Assembly: GCA_002479805.1 (NCBI GenBank)
Contig: DLPB01000025.1
Coordinates: forward strand, 3,625 to 67,624
Direction: 5' to 3'
From: Micrococcales bacterium UBA7469
GTDB taxonomy: Bacteria; Actinomycetota; Actinomycetes; Actinomycetales; Microbacteriaceae
DNA length: 64,000 nt
A program made the translations under genes and the position numbers. Of this stretch, positions 51,404 to 60,487 are shown piece by piece. The notes beneath the pieces are model-generated. The model was not told where the DNA came from. It made no database searches and was given only the letters and a program-made list of their open reading frames with translations. The first letter of the stretch is position 1, and each line of letters begins with the position of its first letter.

Positions 51404-52399
51404 TTGTATCGGCTGTTTTTCAACCTTTTTTTCAAGCCACTCGATGCCGAAACCTCGCACAAAATCGTTGATACCGGGCTGCGTTTAGCCTCCAAGCTTG
51501 GAATTTTGCGGGCTGGCAAGCGACCAAAGAAGATTCAACTGATGGGCCAAAGCTTTGAAAATCGCATCGGTCTTGGGGCAGGTTTTGACAAAAATGCCAA
51601 GTTGGTGCGGCCGCTTCACGCCTTGGGTTTTGGCCACATCGAAGTCGGAACCGTAACCTTTCACGCGCAGCCTGGGAATCCAAAACCAAGATCCTTCCGA
51701 GTCCCAGAGTATGACGCGCTGATCAACCGCATGGGTTTCAATAACGATGGGGCAAAGGTGATTTCCGAGCGCCTGGCCAAATTGCGCAGCGATTACAAAA
51801 ATTTGCCGGTTATCGGCGTGAACATTGGCAAGAGCCGAATTGTGGAGGCCAAAGATGCCGCCGAAGACTATCGCGCCACCACCAAGCTGGTTGCAGGGGT
51901 AGCGGATTATTTGGCTGTGAATGTCTCTTCTCCAAATACCCCAGGGCTTCGGGATCTGCAGCAGGTTGAGTCGCTGCGACCGATTCTCCAGGCGGTGATG
52001 GACGAATGCCAGGGCAAGCCGGTGCTGGTCAAGGTGTCGCCTGATTTGGCAGACGATGATTTTCTAGCGGTGCTTGATCTGGTCCAGAACCTCAAGCTCA
52101 AAGGCGTCATTATGACCAACACCACCACAAGGCGAGACGGTGTCGGTGATTCGGCTGTGCTGAAAGAGGCTGGCGGTCTAAGTGGTCCAGTGCTGGCAGC
52201 CAGATCCATTGAGATGCTCAAAATTGCCCGCCGCGCATTGCCGAGCGATTACGTGCTCATCTCAGTAGGCGGGGTTAGCTCTGTGGTTCAGGCGGTCGAG
52301 CGTGTTCGCCTAGGAGCCGACCTGGTGCAGATTTACACCGGATTGATCTACCAGGGCCCGTTCTGGCCAAGGCGCTTGGCCAAAGCGCTAGTCAACTAG
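51404..52399 (+). CDS. pyrD: Quinone-dependent dihydroorotate dehydrogenase
   Basis: GAGFDKN, INRMGFNN, NVSSPNTPGLR, GGLSG. Confidence 0.96.
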   Translation: MYRLFFNLFFKPLDAETSHKIVDTGLRLASKLGILRAGKRPKKIQLMGQSFENRIGLGAGFDKNAKLVRPLHALGFGHIEVGTVTFHAQPGNPKPRSFRVPEYDALINRMGFNNDGAKVISERLAKLRSDYKNLPVIGVNIGKSRIVEAKDAAEDYRATTKLVAGVADYLAVNVSSPNTPGLRDLQQVESLRPILQAVMDECQGKPVLVKVSPDLADDDFLAVLDLVQNLKLKGVIMTNTTTRRDGVGDSAVLKEAGGLSGPVLAARSIEMLKIARRALPSDYVLISVGGVSSVVQAVERVRLGADLVQIYTGLIYQGPFWPRRLAKALVN

Positions 52400-53397
52400 C
52401 AGAGTCTGCCTTCTGGGCTCTTAGTTTTGCTCGGGTCGCGCTCAATCACATCACCCAGCACCTGATCAACCTTGGCCATAATTTCAGCCGGAATCACAAC
52501 GCCAGAAGCTTCAAGGTTTGAAGTGATCTGCTCAGGCTTGGATGCTCCGACGATGGCGGCTGCAACATTCTTGTTCTGCAGCACCCAGGCGATGGCAAAC
52601 TGCGCCATCGTGATGCCGAGCTCATCTGCAAGTGGCTTGAGACCTTGAACCTTGGTCAGGGTTTCATCTGACATGAACTTCTCAATAATTCCGGAGAGGT
52701 CTGGGTCAGCTGCTCTGGAGCCGGCGGGCGCTGGCTGGCCTGGGAGGTATTTCCCAGTCAGGACTCCTTGCGCCATTGGCGACCAAACAATTTGGCTCAG
52801 GCCTAGTTCCTCGGAGGTTGGGACTACCTCCTGCTCAATTACGCGCCACAGCATCGAGTACTGGGGTTGGTTGGAGATCAGCTTGAAGCCAAGTTCCTTG
52901 GCTAGTTTCTGACCCTCACGAATTTGCTGAGCGTTCCACTCTGAGACGCCGACGTAAAGCACCTTGCCCATACGAACCAGGTCACCAAATGCCTGCATGG
53001 TCTCCTCGAGCGGAGTTTCATAGTCGAAGCGGTGGGCCTGGTAGAGGTCGACATAGTCAGTCTGAAGGCGCTTCAGCGAACCGTTGATGGACTCCATGAT
53101 GTGCTTACGACTCAGGCCGGTATCGTTCGGTCCCTTGGCAGCAACTGGCCAGTAGACCTTGGTCAGAATCTCCAGACCCTCGCGACGCTGACCCTTGAGG
53201 GCATTGCCCAGCACGGTCTCGGCTGCCTGATTGGCATAGACATCCGCGGTGTCAAAAGTTGTGACACCACCTTCAAGTGCGGCCTTCACGGTGCTGATTG
53301 CCTGCTCGTCCGCTACCTGAGAGGCGTGGGTCAGCCAGTTGCCATAAATGATCTCGGAGACTTTGAAGCCGGAATTTCCTAGGTAACGGTGCTGCAT
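52396..53397 (-). CDS. Aldo/keto reductase (Kv-beta-like)
   Basis: FDTADVY, LKRLQTDYVDLYQAHR, GVSEW, WSPMAQGVLTGKY. Confidence 0.93.
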   Translation of the reverse strand: MQHRYLGNSGFKVSEIIYGNWLTHASQVADEQAISTVKAALEGGVTTFDTADVYANQAAETVLGNALKGQRREGLEILTKVYWPVAAKGPNDTGLSRKHIMESINGSLKRLQTDYVDLYQAHRFDYETPLEETMQAFGDLVRMGKVLYVGVSEWNAQQIREGQKLAKELGFKLISNQPQYSMLWRVIEQEVVPTSEELGLSQIVWSPMAQGVLTGKYLPGQPAPAGSRAADPDLSGIIEKFMSDETLTKVQGLKPLADELGITMAQFAIAWVLQNKNVAAAIVGASKPEQITSNLEASGVVIPAEIMAKVDQVLGDVIERDPSKTKSPEGRLC

Positions 53398-53415
53398 TGA
53401 AGCTCCTTTTAGAAG

Positions 53416-53961
53416 TTAGTTCTCGAGTTTGGTGAAGCGGGCAACCTGAGGCTTTGGGATTCTCAGTGCGCGCATCTGGATTGAGCGCATTGCGCCATAC
53501 CAGCCCAGACCGCCTTCCATGCGATCTGCGCCGAACTTTTTAGCCACGCGCCTTTTGACCATGCGAGAGACAAACCACGCATCGATTGCGACAATTCCAA
53601 ACAGTCCCCACATCGAGAACAGGGTTATTAGCTGAACTAGGTAGGAGTCTACGAAGGTTGCCAAGACCACAATGAATAGTGCCGGTAGCACCATTTCTCC
53701 TGCGGTAAATCGAGCATCGACCAAATCGCGAACATACTTTCGCTGTGGGCCGCGATCACGCAAGGTCAGGTAGCGCTCGTCGCCAGCCATCATGCCTTCG
53801 CGCGCCTTGACGCGCTCCTCGCGGATGCGCTGGCGCTCTGCCTGCTTGGCCTCTTTGCTTCGGTCTCCGACCAGCGGACGGATTCTGGCCTGCTCACGCT
53901 CTTTTCTAGACGGGGTGGGCTGACCCTTTTTTTGACCTGGAGTGCGGTTTTCGCTCATCAT
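53416..53961 (-). CDS. DUF3043-family membrane protein
   Basis: KGQPTPSRKE, RDRGPQR..VRD.VD.R, MR.LR.PKPQV. Confidence 0.88.
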   Translation of the reverse strand: MMSENRTPGQKKGQPTPSRKEREQARIRPLVGDRSKEAKQAERQRIREERVKAREGMMAGDERYLTLRDRGPQRKYVRDLVDARFTAGEMVLPALFIVVLATFVDSYLVQLITLFSMWGLFGIVAIDAWFVSRMVKRRVAKKFGADRMEGGLGWYGAMRSIQMRALRIPKPQVARFTKLEN

Positions 53962-53993
53962 CGCCTTTCAAGATATGCCACTAGATTAGCGTC

Positions 53994-55397
53994 ATGGCAT
54001 TTGCTTCCGAACCACTAGATCAAGCACTGGTTGAACCAGTCACCGAATTTATCTCCGACCACTTTCCGCAGGCAATCGGTCAGCTCGGCGAAATGGTAAA
54101 AATCCCAGGTATTGCCTGGGAGGCATTTGACGCTAACAACCTCGAGCGTTCGGCTGAATTGGTTGCGGATTATTTTTCAGAATTGAATTTCTTTGATTGG
54201 GTACAGATCCGTAGAGCACCGAAGCCCTCTGGCGAAATGGGCTCCCCAGCGGTTGTGGCGCGTCGCGCCGGAAAGCCAAACCGTCCCCATGTGCTGCTGT
54301 ATGCGCACCACGACGTGCAGCCACCGGGGGATAGTGCGCTTTGGGAGACCGATCCATTTACCGCGACCCTAAAGGGTGACCGACTTTTCGGCAGGGGTGT
54401 CTCGGATGACAAGAGCGGCATAATCACACACCTTTACGCCATTCGCGCGCTGCAGAGCTTGGCTCAGGAAATCGATCTCGGAATCTCTGTCTTTATTGAG
54501 GGCGAAGAGGAAGCCGGCTCGGATTCGTTTGAAAACTTCTTGGCGGAAAATCGCAGCGACCTGGCTGCCGATCTAATCATTGTTGCCGACAGCGGCAACT
54601 GGACCACGGAAGTTCCGGCTCTAACCACAAGCCTCAGGGGAGTGGTGTCCCAGGTATTTACGGTCAAGACCCTGGATCACGCTGTGCACTCCGGAATGTA
54701 TGGCGGACCGTTGCCGGATGCCATGACGGCGATGGTCAAGATTTTGGCATCGCTCACCACCGCAGAGGGCGATGTTGCAATCGCGGGCCTTAGCTCGACT
54801 AAATGCGACGAAATCGAGATGCCAGAGAGCGATTTCGCCGAATTTGCAGGGTTGCTCGAGGGTGTCAAGCCCATGGGCAGCAAGTCCCTGGTCCAGCAAA
54901 TTTGGGGAGAACCGGCCGTTACCGTGATTGGTATTGATGCGCCGACCGTGGCGCTGTCATCCAACACCGCGCAGCCTGCAATTAGTGCCAAGATTTCGCT
55001 TCGAATTGCCCCCGATCAGGATCCGGCAGAAGCGTTGAAGCTGCTTCAGCAGCACTTGATTGACCATGCACCATTTGGCGCTCACGTTGAACTTGGCGCT
55101 GTCGAAAAAGGACCTGGCTACCTGGCAAAGGATGGCTGGGGCTCGACTTTGGCTCACGAAGCATTTTCGGCAGTTTGGCCCCAAAAGTCGGTGAACATCG
55201 GTATCGGAGGGTCAATTCCCTTCATTTCAACCTTCGCCGAATTGTTTCCTGACGCTGAAATTCTTGTTACTGGGGTAGAGGAGCCGGACTCCAGGGCGCA
55301 TTCGCCAAACGAGTCTCAACATCTGCCGACGCTGAAGCGGGCGATGGCAGCCGAGGCACTGCTACTGCTGCACGGGAATCAACTTTCCCGAGATTAG
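53994..55397 (+). CDS. M20-family dipeptidase
   Basis: YAHHDVQP, GRGVSDDK, EGEEE, HSGMYGG, AHSPNES. Confidence 0.92.
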   Translation: MAFASEPLDQALVEPVTEFISDHFPQAIGQLGEMVKIPGIAWEAFDANNLERSAELVADYFSELNFFDWVQIRRAPKPSGEMGSPAVVARRAGKPNRPHVLLYAHHDVQPPGDSALWETDPFTATLKGDRLFGRGVSDDKSGIITHLYAIRALQSLAQEIDLGISVFIEGEEEAGSDSFENFLAENRSDLAADLIIVADSGNWTTEVPALTTSLRGVVSQVFTVKTLDHAVHSGMYGGPLPDAMTAMVKILASLTTAEGDVAIAGLSSTKCDEIEMPESDFAEFAGLLEGVKPMGSKSLVQQIWGEPAVTVIGIDAPTVALSSNTAQPAISAKISLRIAPDQDPAEALKLLQQHLIDHAPFGAHVELGAVEKGPGYLAKDGWGSTLAHEAFSAVWPQKSVNIGIGGSIPFISTFAELFPDAEILVTGVEEPDSRAHSPNESQHLPTLKRAMAAEALLLLHGNQLSRD

Positions 55398-55425
55398 TTA
55401 AACTAGGTACAAATTGGAGGCAAAA

Positions 55426-55767
55426 ATGACCGAAGTTCTAGCTCACGGCGTGAAGCTCACTGACACCGCAGTGTCCAAGGTTAAGGCGCTCTTGGCGGCC
55501 GAGGGTCGCGATGACCTAAGGCTTAGAGTTGCAGTTGAGCCTGGCGGCTGCTCTGGTTTGATCTACCAACTATTTTTCGACGAACAGCTCGAGGAAGTCG
55601 ATGCCGTGGTGGCATTTGATGGCGTTGAAGTGGTTGTCGATCCGATGAGTGTGCCTTATCTAGACGGCGCTTCCATTGATTTTGAGGACTCAATCCAAAA
55701 ACAAGGCTTCACCATTGACAACCCAAACGCAGCTGGAAGCTGTGCCTGCGGAGATTCTTTTAGCTAA
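55426..55767 (+). CDS. erpA: Iron-sulfur cluster insertion protein (HesB/IscA/ErpA)
   Basis: GGCSG, NPNA.GSCACGDSF; start moved to ATG 55426 after GGAGG. Confidence 0.92.
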   Translation: MTEVLAHGVKLTDTAVSKVKALLAAEGRDDLRLRVAVEPGGCSGLIYQLFFDEQLEEVDAVVAFDGVEVVVDPMSVPYLDGASIDFEDSIQKQGFTIDNPNAAGSCACGDSFS

Positions 55768-55845
55768 AACCGCTAAAACACGGCAATTTTGCCCCTCCGG
55801 CGGATTAGACTTAGAGGCAATACTGCAGTGTTTAAGGATGTCTGA

Positions 55846-56700
55846 TTGAGTAAGAATCGTCGCGGACTAGCCCTGGCAGCTACCTCGCTTATGAGCGTTT
55901 TGTTGCTGACCGGTTGCTCTCCCGAACTTGAGCGTGGTTTTCTTCCTGATGCCTCTGGCGTCACCAACCACACCGATCGAATTATCGGCCTATGGACTAC
56001 CTCTTGGATTGTTCTGCTAGCCGTCGGAGCCCTCTCGTGGGGACTAATGGCCTGGGCGCTAATCGTCTACCGCCGTCGCAAGGGCGAGACTGGGCTTCCT
56101 GCGCAGTTGCGCTACAACATGCCAATCGAGACACTGTTCACGGTTGTGCCGCTAATTTTGGTGCTTGGCTTCTTTGCCTTCACCGCTCGCGACATGCAGG
56201 CCATTGAGGCCAAGAACGAAAACCCTGACGTAACCATCGAGGTAATCGCGAAGCAGTGGAGCTGGGACTTCAACTACGTGAACGAGCAGGTCTTTGACTC
56301 TGGAATTCAGGCTCAATTCACTGGAACCGAAGAGAACATTTCCGAGACTCTTCCAACTCTCTATCTACCGGTCAATAAGACCGTCAAGATCGACCTGAGC
56401 TCTCGTGATGTCATTCACTCCTTCTGGGTCATTGACTTCCTTTACAAAAAGGACATGTTCCCAGGCATGACAAACCACATGTACTTCACTCCAACCAAGG
56501 AGGGCACCTACGCCGGAAAGTGTGCAGAGTTGTGTGGTGAATACCACTCGATGATGCTCTTCCAGGTGAAGGTTGTTTCAGAAGCTGAGTATGCCGAGCA
56601 CATGGCAGCTTTGGCTGCCAAGGGCAACGTTGGACAGCTTTCAAATGAGTACGACAGAAACCAAAACCTTCCTGGTGGCAACCCAGAGGTAAGGGGATAA
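55846..56700 (+). CDS. ctaC: Cytochrome c oxidase subunit II
   Basis: Lipobox LLTGC, DVIHSFW, CuA motif [12 protein letters not shown]. Confidence 0.96.
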   Translation: MSKNRRGLALAATSLMSVLLLTGCSPELERGFLPDASGVTNHTDRIIGLWTTSWIVLLAVGALSWGLMAWALIVYRRRKGETGLPAQLRYNMPIETLFTVVPLILVLGFFAFTARDMQAIEAKNENPDVTIEVIAKQWSWDFNYVNEQVFDSGIQAQFTGTEENISETLPTLYLPVNKTVKIDLSSRDVIHSFWVIDFLYKKDMFPGMTNHMYFTPTKEGTYAGKCAELCGEYHSMMLFQVKVVSEAEYAEHMAALAAKGNVGQLSNEYDRNQNLPGGNPEVRG

Positions 56701-56705
56701 GGCAA

Positions 56706-58397
56706 ATGGCAACCACACTAACTCCTCCGGTTACTAACCCAGCGGCTTTTGTGCCAAAGCGCTCAAAGGGCCAGATCTTGGTTGATTGGTTGACTACGAC
56801 CGACCACAAGAAGATTGGTTATCTGTACCTAATCACCTCCTTCCTGTACTTCCTAATCGGTGGTGTGATGGCGCTGATCATTCGCGCTCAGCTCACTCTG
56901 CCGGGACTTGAGGTGGTTGCAACCAAGGAGCAGTACAACCAGCTGTTCACCATGCACGGCACGATCATGCTGCTGATGTTTGCAACTCCGCTATTCGCAG
57001 GATTTGCCAATGTTTTGATGCCGGTTCAAATCGGTGCTCCAGACGTGGCATTCCCACGCTTGAACGCAATTGCCTACTGGTTCTACAACTTCGGTAGCTT
57101 GATTGCGGTTTCCGGATTCTTCACCCCGCAGGGTGCGGCTTCGTTTGGATGGTTCGCTTACGCACCGCTTTCCAACACCACATTCTCCCCAGGCATCGGT
57201 GGAGATCTGTGGGTCTTCGGTCTGGCGCTTTCCGGATTCGGAACCATCTTGGGTGGCGTGAACTTCATCACCACCATCATTACTATGCGTGCTCCAGGTA
57301 TGACCATGTGGCGTATGCCGATCTTCACCTGGAACACCCTGGTTACCTCGATCCTGATCATCATGTGCTTCCCTCCACTAGCGGCGGCACTTTTTGCACT
57401 TGGTGCGGACCGTCGTTTCGGAGCACACATTTTTGATCCAGAGAACGGCGGCGCCATGCTGTGGCAGCACCTGTTCTGGTTCTTCGGGCACCCAGAGGTT
57501 TACATCTTGGCGTTGCCATTCTTCGGCATCGTTTCCGAGATCTTCCCGGTTTTCAGCCGTAAGCCGATCTTTGGTTACAAGACATTGGTCTACGCAACCA
57601 TTTCTATTGCAGCTTTGTCGATGACCGTGTGGGCGCACCACATGTACGTCACCGGTCAGGTGCTACTTCCATTCTTCGCCTTTACCACAATGTTGATTGC
57701 AGTTCCTACTGGCGTGAAGATCTTCAACTGGATCGGCACCATGTGGAAGGGCTCAATTACATTTGAGACTCCAATGCTGTGGAGCTTGGGCTTCTTGGTT
57801 AGCTTCGTATTCGGTGGTCTAACCGGTGTAATCCTGGCCTCACCAGCTCTGGACTTCCACCTCTCCGACAGCTACTTCGTGGTTGCTCACTTCCACTATG
57901 TGGTCTTTGGAACCGTGGTCTTCGCTATGTTCGCCGGCTTCTACTTCTGGTGGCCAAAGTTCACCGGCAAGATGCTGAACGAGCGTCTGGGTAAGATCCA
58001 CTTCTGGTTGCTATTCATCGGTTTCCACGTGACCTTCTTGATCCAGCACTGGCTAGGTGTTATTGGTATGCCTCGTCGCTATGCGACCTACCTACCGGAG
58101 GATGGCTTCACCGAGATGAACATGCTCTCAACCTTGGGTGCTGTCATCCTGGCGCTATCTATGATTCCTTTCCTTTGGAACGTTTGGATTACCGCTCGCA
58201 AGGGAGTGAAGACCGAATTGAAAGACCCATGGGGTTACGGAAGGTCTCTGGAGTGGGCGACTGAGTCACCATTCCCTCGTCACAACTTCCACTCCATCCC
58301 ACGCATTCGCTCCGAGTCTCCTGCATTCGACTTGAACCACCCGGAGTATGCAGCGCCTGAGGCGAAGGAGTCATACGCGAAGGAGGGTCGCATCTAA
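56706..58397 (+). CDS. ctaD: Cytochrome c oxidase subunit I
   Basis: [29 protein letters not shown]. Confidence 0.99.
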   Translation: MATTLTPPVTNPAAFVPKRSKGQILVDWLTTTDHKKIGYLYLITSFLYFLIGGVMALIIRAQLTLPGLEVVATKEQYNQLFTMHGTIMLLMFATPLFAGFANVLMPVQIGAPDVAFPRLNAIAYWFYNFGSLIAVSGFFTPQGAASFGWFAYAPLSNTTFSPGIGGDLWVFGLALSGFGTILGGVNFITTIITMRAPGMTMWRMPIFTWNTLVTSILIIMCFPPLAAALFALGADRRFGAHIFDPENGGAMLWQHLFWFFGHPEVYILALPFFGIVSEIFPVFSRKPIFGYKTLVYATISIAALSMTVWAHHMYVTGQVLLPFFAFTTMLIAVPTGVKIFNWIGTMWKGSITFETPMLWSLGFLVSFVFGGLTGVILASPALDFHLSDSYFVVAHFHYVVFGTVVFAMFAGFYFWWPKFTGKMLNERLGKIHFWLLFIGFHVTFLIQHWLGVIGMPRRYATYLPEDGFTEMNMLSTLGAVILALSMIPFLWNVWITARKGVKTELKDPWGYGRSLEWATESPFPRHNFHSIPRIRSESPAFDLNHPEYAAPEAKESYAKEGRI

Positions 58398-58810
58398 TGC
58401 GCTCTAACATCGTCATCCTGTTGGTAATGGCCGCATACTTTACCGTTGCGGACATCGCCTACGGCATCTGGACCTACCTAGAGTGGGGAGCGGTTGAGCC
58501 GATTGGAACCGCAGCAATTGCACTATTGGTTATTCTCTCGGTCTTCATTGCCTACTACCTATGGTCTGGCCTCAAGCGGGCAGGCACACTCCCAGAAGAC
58601 AACAACTTTGGCAACATTGAAGACGAATCCGGTGAAGTAGGTTTCTACTCTCCTTGGAGCTGGTGGCCACTAGTACTCGGTCTTTCCAGTGCTACCGCCT
58701 TCCTGTCTTTGGCCGTCGGTTGGTGGCTATTCTTCATTGCCTTCCCGTTCGCGATTGTAGGAATCGTAGGCTTCGTCTACGAATACAGCCGCGGCGCTCA
58801 CGCTCACTAG
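58397..58810 (+). CDS. ctaF: Cytochrome c oxidase subunit 4 (actinobacterial)
   Basis: PED...GEVGFYSPWSWWP, EYSRG; follows ctaD. Confidence 0.9.
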   Translation: MRSNIVILLVMAAYFTVADIAYGIWTYLEWGAVEPIGTAAIALLVILSVFIAYYLWSGLKRAGTLPEDNNFGNIEDESGEVGFYSPWSWWPLVLGLSSATAFLSLAVGWWLFFIAFPFAIVGIVGFVYEYSRGAHAH

Positions 58811-58814
58811 TAAC

Positions 58815-59366
58815 TTGCCTCAAGAGCCGGTCCTAGTCGTAATAGATGTCCAGCAGGGTTTCATAGACCCGCGCTGGGGCACAAATGGCAACGACTCAGC
58901 CCTGGCTAACATTTCAAGGCTCGTGGATCACTGGAGAAGCAGCAACCTTCCGATTGTTGTCGTGAAGCACAATTCCAAGCATCCAGACTCGCCGCTGTTT
59001 TCTGGCAGTCCAGGCAATGCGCTGGAGTCATTCTTGGATGGCCCGCGTGATGTGGTGATTCAGAAGTCCGTGAACTCCGCCTTCTATGGCACGCCAGATC
59101 TTCATCTGTGGTTGGCTAAGCGGAATTTCAGGAACCTAGTCATTTGCGGTATTACAACCAATAGGTGTTGTGAGACCACTGCACGCATGGCCGGGAACCT
59201 CGGATACAACACCACATTCGTCATTGATGCCACGGACGCTTTTGACCTTGCTCATGCGGACGGTGGGGTTACCGCTGCTTCCGAAGTGATGCGCATGACC
59301 GCTGCCAACCTAGACGGGGAGTTTGCCACGGTTCTCTCGACCGATGAGGTGCTAGCGCGTTACTAA
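58815..59366 (+). CDS. Cysteine hydrolase (isochorismatase family)
   Basis: VIDVQQGF, KSVNSAFYGT, GITTNRCCETTAR. Confidence 0.92.
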   Translation: MPQEPVLVVIDVQQGFIDPRWGTNGNDSALANISRLVDHWRSSNLPIVVVKHNSKHPDSPLFSGSPGNALESFLDGPRDVVIQKSVNSAFYGTPDLHLWLAKRNFRNLVICGITTNRCCETTARMAGNLGYNTTFVIDATDAFDLAHADGGVTAASEVMRMTAANLDGEFATVLSTDEVLARY

Positions 59367-59389
59367 CTCAGCAAGTTGTCAGAATGTGC

Positions 59390-59398
59390 TGTTAGTAT
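59390..59398 (+). promoter_or_regulatory. Extended -10 promoter for ssrA
   Basis: TGtTAGTAT about 45 nt upstream of mature tmRNA 5' end. Confidence 0.55.
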
Positions 59399-59442
59399 TG
59401 CCTCCTTGGCCAGCCCAAGATGTTACTAAAACAACTCAACAT

Positions 59443-59811
59443 GGGGATGATCGGTTTCGACATTGCAGTGTCTGCGTGAATGAAGCGGGTCGAGGATGCA
59501 CAGTTATCTCGTAAACGCTCTGTGTAAAACAATAGGTGCCAATACAAAGCGCGCCGACTTCGCCCTAGCCGCTTAAGCTAGCCCCGAAGTCCGTCTGACT
59601 AGGTTTGATTTCGTCCTAGATCCAGGCGTCATTTAGAAATCTTGCTGATTGAGCGCGTCACAGGCTCAACCGGGACTTTTACTGTGACTGGGCCTGTCTG
59701 CGTAGTTGCTTCAGACAAATGCAGGGGCCGAGTAGAACGCCTTATGAAGCTACACCCGTAGAAGAGTCACAATCTTTGCATTGGACGGGGGTTCAATTCC
59801 CCCCATCTCCA
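59443..59811 (+). ncRNA. ssrA: tmRNA; tag peptide ANTKRADFALAA* (59538-59576)
   Basis: 5' GGGGATGATCGGTTTCGAC, 3' GGTTCAATTCCCCCCATCTCCA tRNA-like domain, internal tag frame ending ALAA-stop. Confidence 0.97.
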
Positions 59812-59817
59812 CGTTAC

Positions 59818-59847
59818 AAGGCCCCGAGCTAATCCCTCGGGGCCTTT
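59818..59847 (+). terminator. Terminator hairpin after ssrA
   Basis: AAGGCCCCGAG-loop-CTCGGGGCCTT(T). Confidence 0.8.
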
Positions 59848-59880
59848 ACCTTTAACGGCAAGTTTGAATAGGCTCTTCTC

Positions 59881-60441
59881 GTGATTGAATTCCGGCGGTT
59901 AGCTGAGTCTGAGTTAGAAAAGTTTCTAGAGTTTATGGATGGGCCAGCATTTGAGTCCCAACCGCAGTGGCGAGGTTGCTACTGCCAGTTTTATCTCAAC
60001 ACCAAGGCGGAGAATGATGACCCGAACGCCAGGGGAGAGCTGAATCGTCAACGAGCCTGTGATCGTATCCAGAGCGGTGTGATGCAGGGATACCTTGCCT
60101 ACTCGGTTCAGGATGGAGCCGAGAAGGTCATAGGTTGGATGGCGGCCAACAAATTCAACAACTTCGTTGCACTACCTCCGCAGCGAGAGGATGTGGCCGC
60201 CATTATTTGCTTTGTGGTGGACAAGGATTGGCAGGGACAAAAAGTAGCAACCAATCTGCTCAATTATGCCCTGGCCGATCTTCCTAATCATGGCTTCACT
60301 GAGGTGCAGTCGGCACCGCTGCGAGATTCCGAATTCCAGGATTGGGGATATCGTGGACCGCGCTCAATGTTTGAAAAAGCGGGCTTTGCCGCGGTCACAG
60401 ATCTGGACGACACACATGTGTTGATGACACGCAAGTTGTAA
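59881..60441 (+). CDS. GNAT-family N-acetyltransferase
   Basis: CYCQFY, GYLAY...IGW, CFVVDKDWQGQKVATNLL acetyl-CoA motif, FEKAGF. Confidence 0.85.
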   Translation: MIEFRRLAESELEKFLEFMDGPAFESQPQWRGCYCQFYLNTKAENDDPNARGELNRQRACDRIQSGVMQGYLAYSVQDGAEKVIGWMAANKFNNFVALPPQREDVAAIICFVVDKDWQGQKVATNLLNYALADLPNHGFTEVQSAPLRDSEFQDWGYRGPRSMFEKAGFAAVTDLDDTHVLMTRKL

Positions 60442-60475
60442 AAAAATCCCCCGATCGTTTGAGCGGGGGATTTTT
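60441..60475. terminator. Bidirectional terminator between GNAT gene and qcrB
   Basis: AAAAAATCCCCCG-loop-CGGGGGATTTTT. Confidence 0.85.
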
Positions 60476-60487
60476 CTTTAGCTTTAC

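Noticed and set aside
53965..53990. NrdR box-like sequence CAAGATATG
   Set aside because: Weak single match, not upstream of ribonucleotide reductase genes; overlaps divergent -10 elements
59808..59814. Missing encoded CCA on tmRNA and tRNA-Pro as a sign of pseudogenes
   Set aside because: CCA is commonly added post-transcriptionally in Actinomycetota; stems and tag frame are intact
59812..60487. Integrated element at the ssrA 3' end
   Set aside because: No integrase and no duplicated ssrA 3' fragment; only one GNAT gene between two terminators
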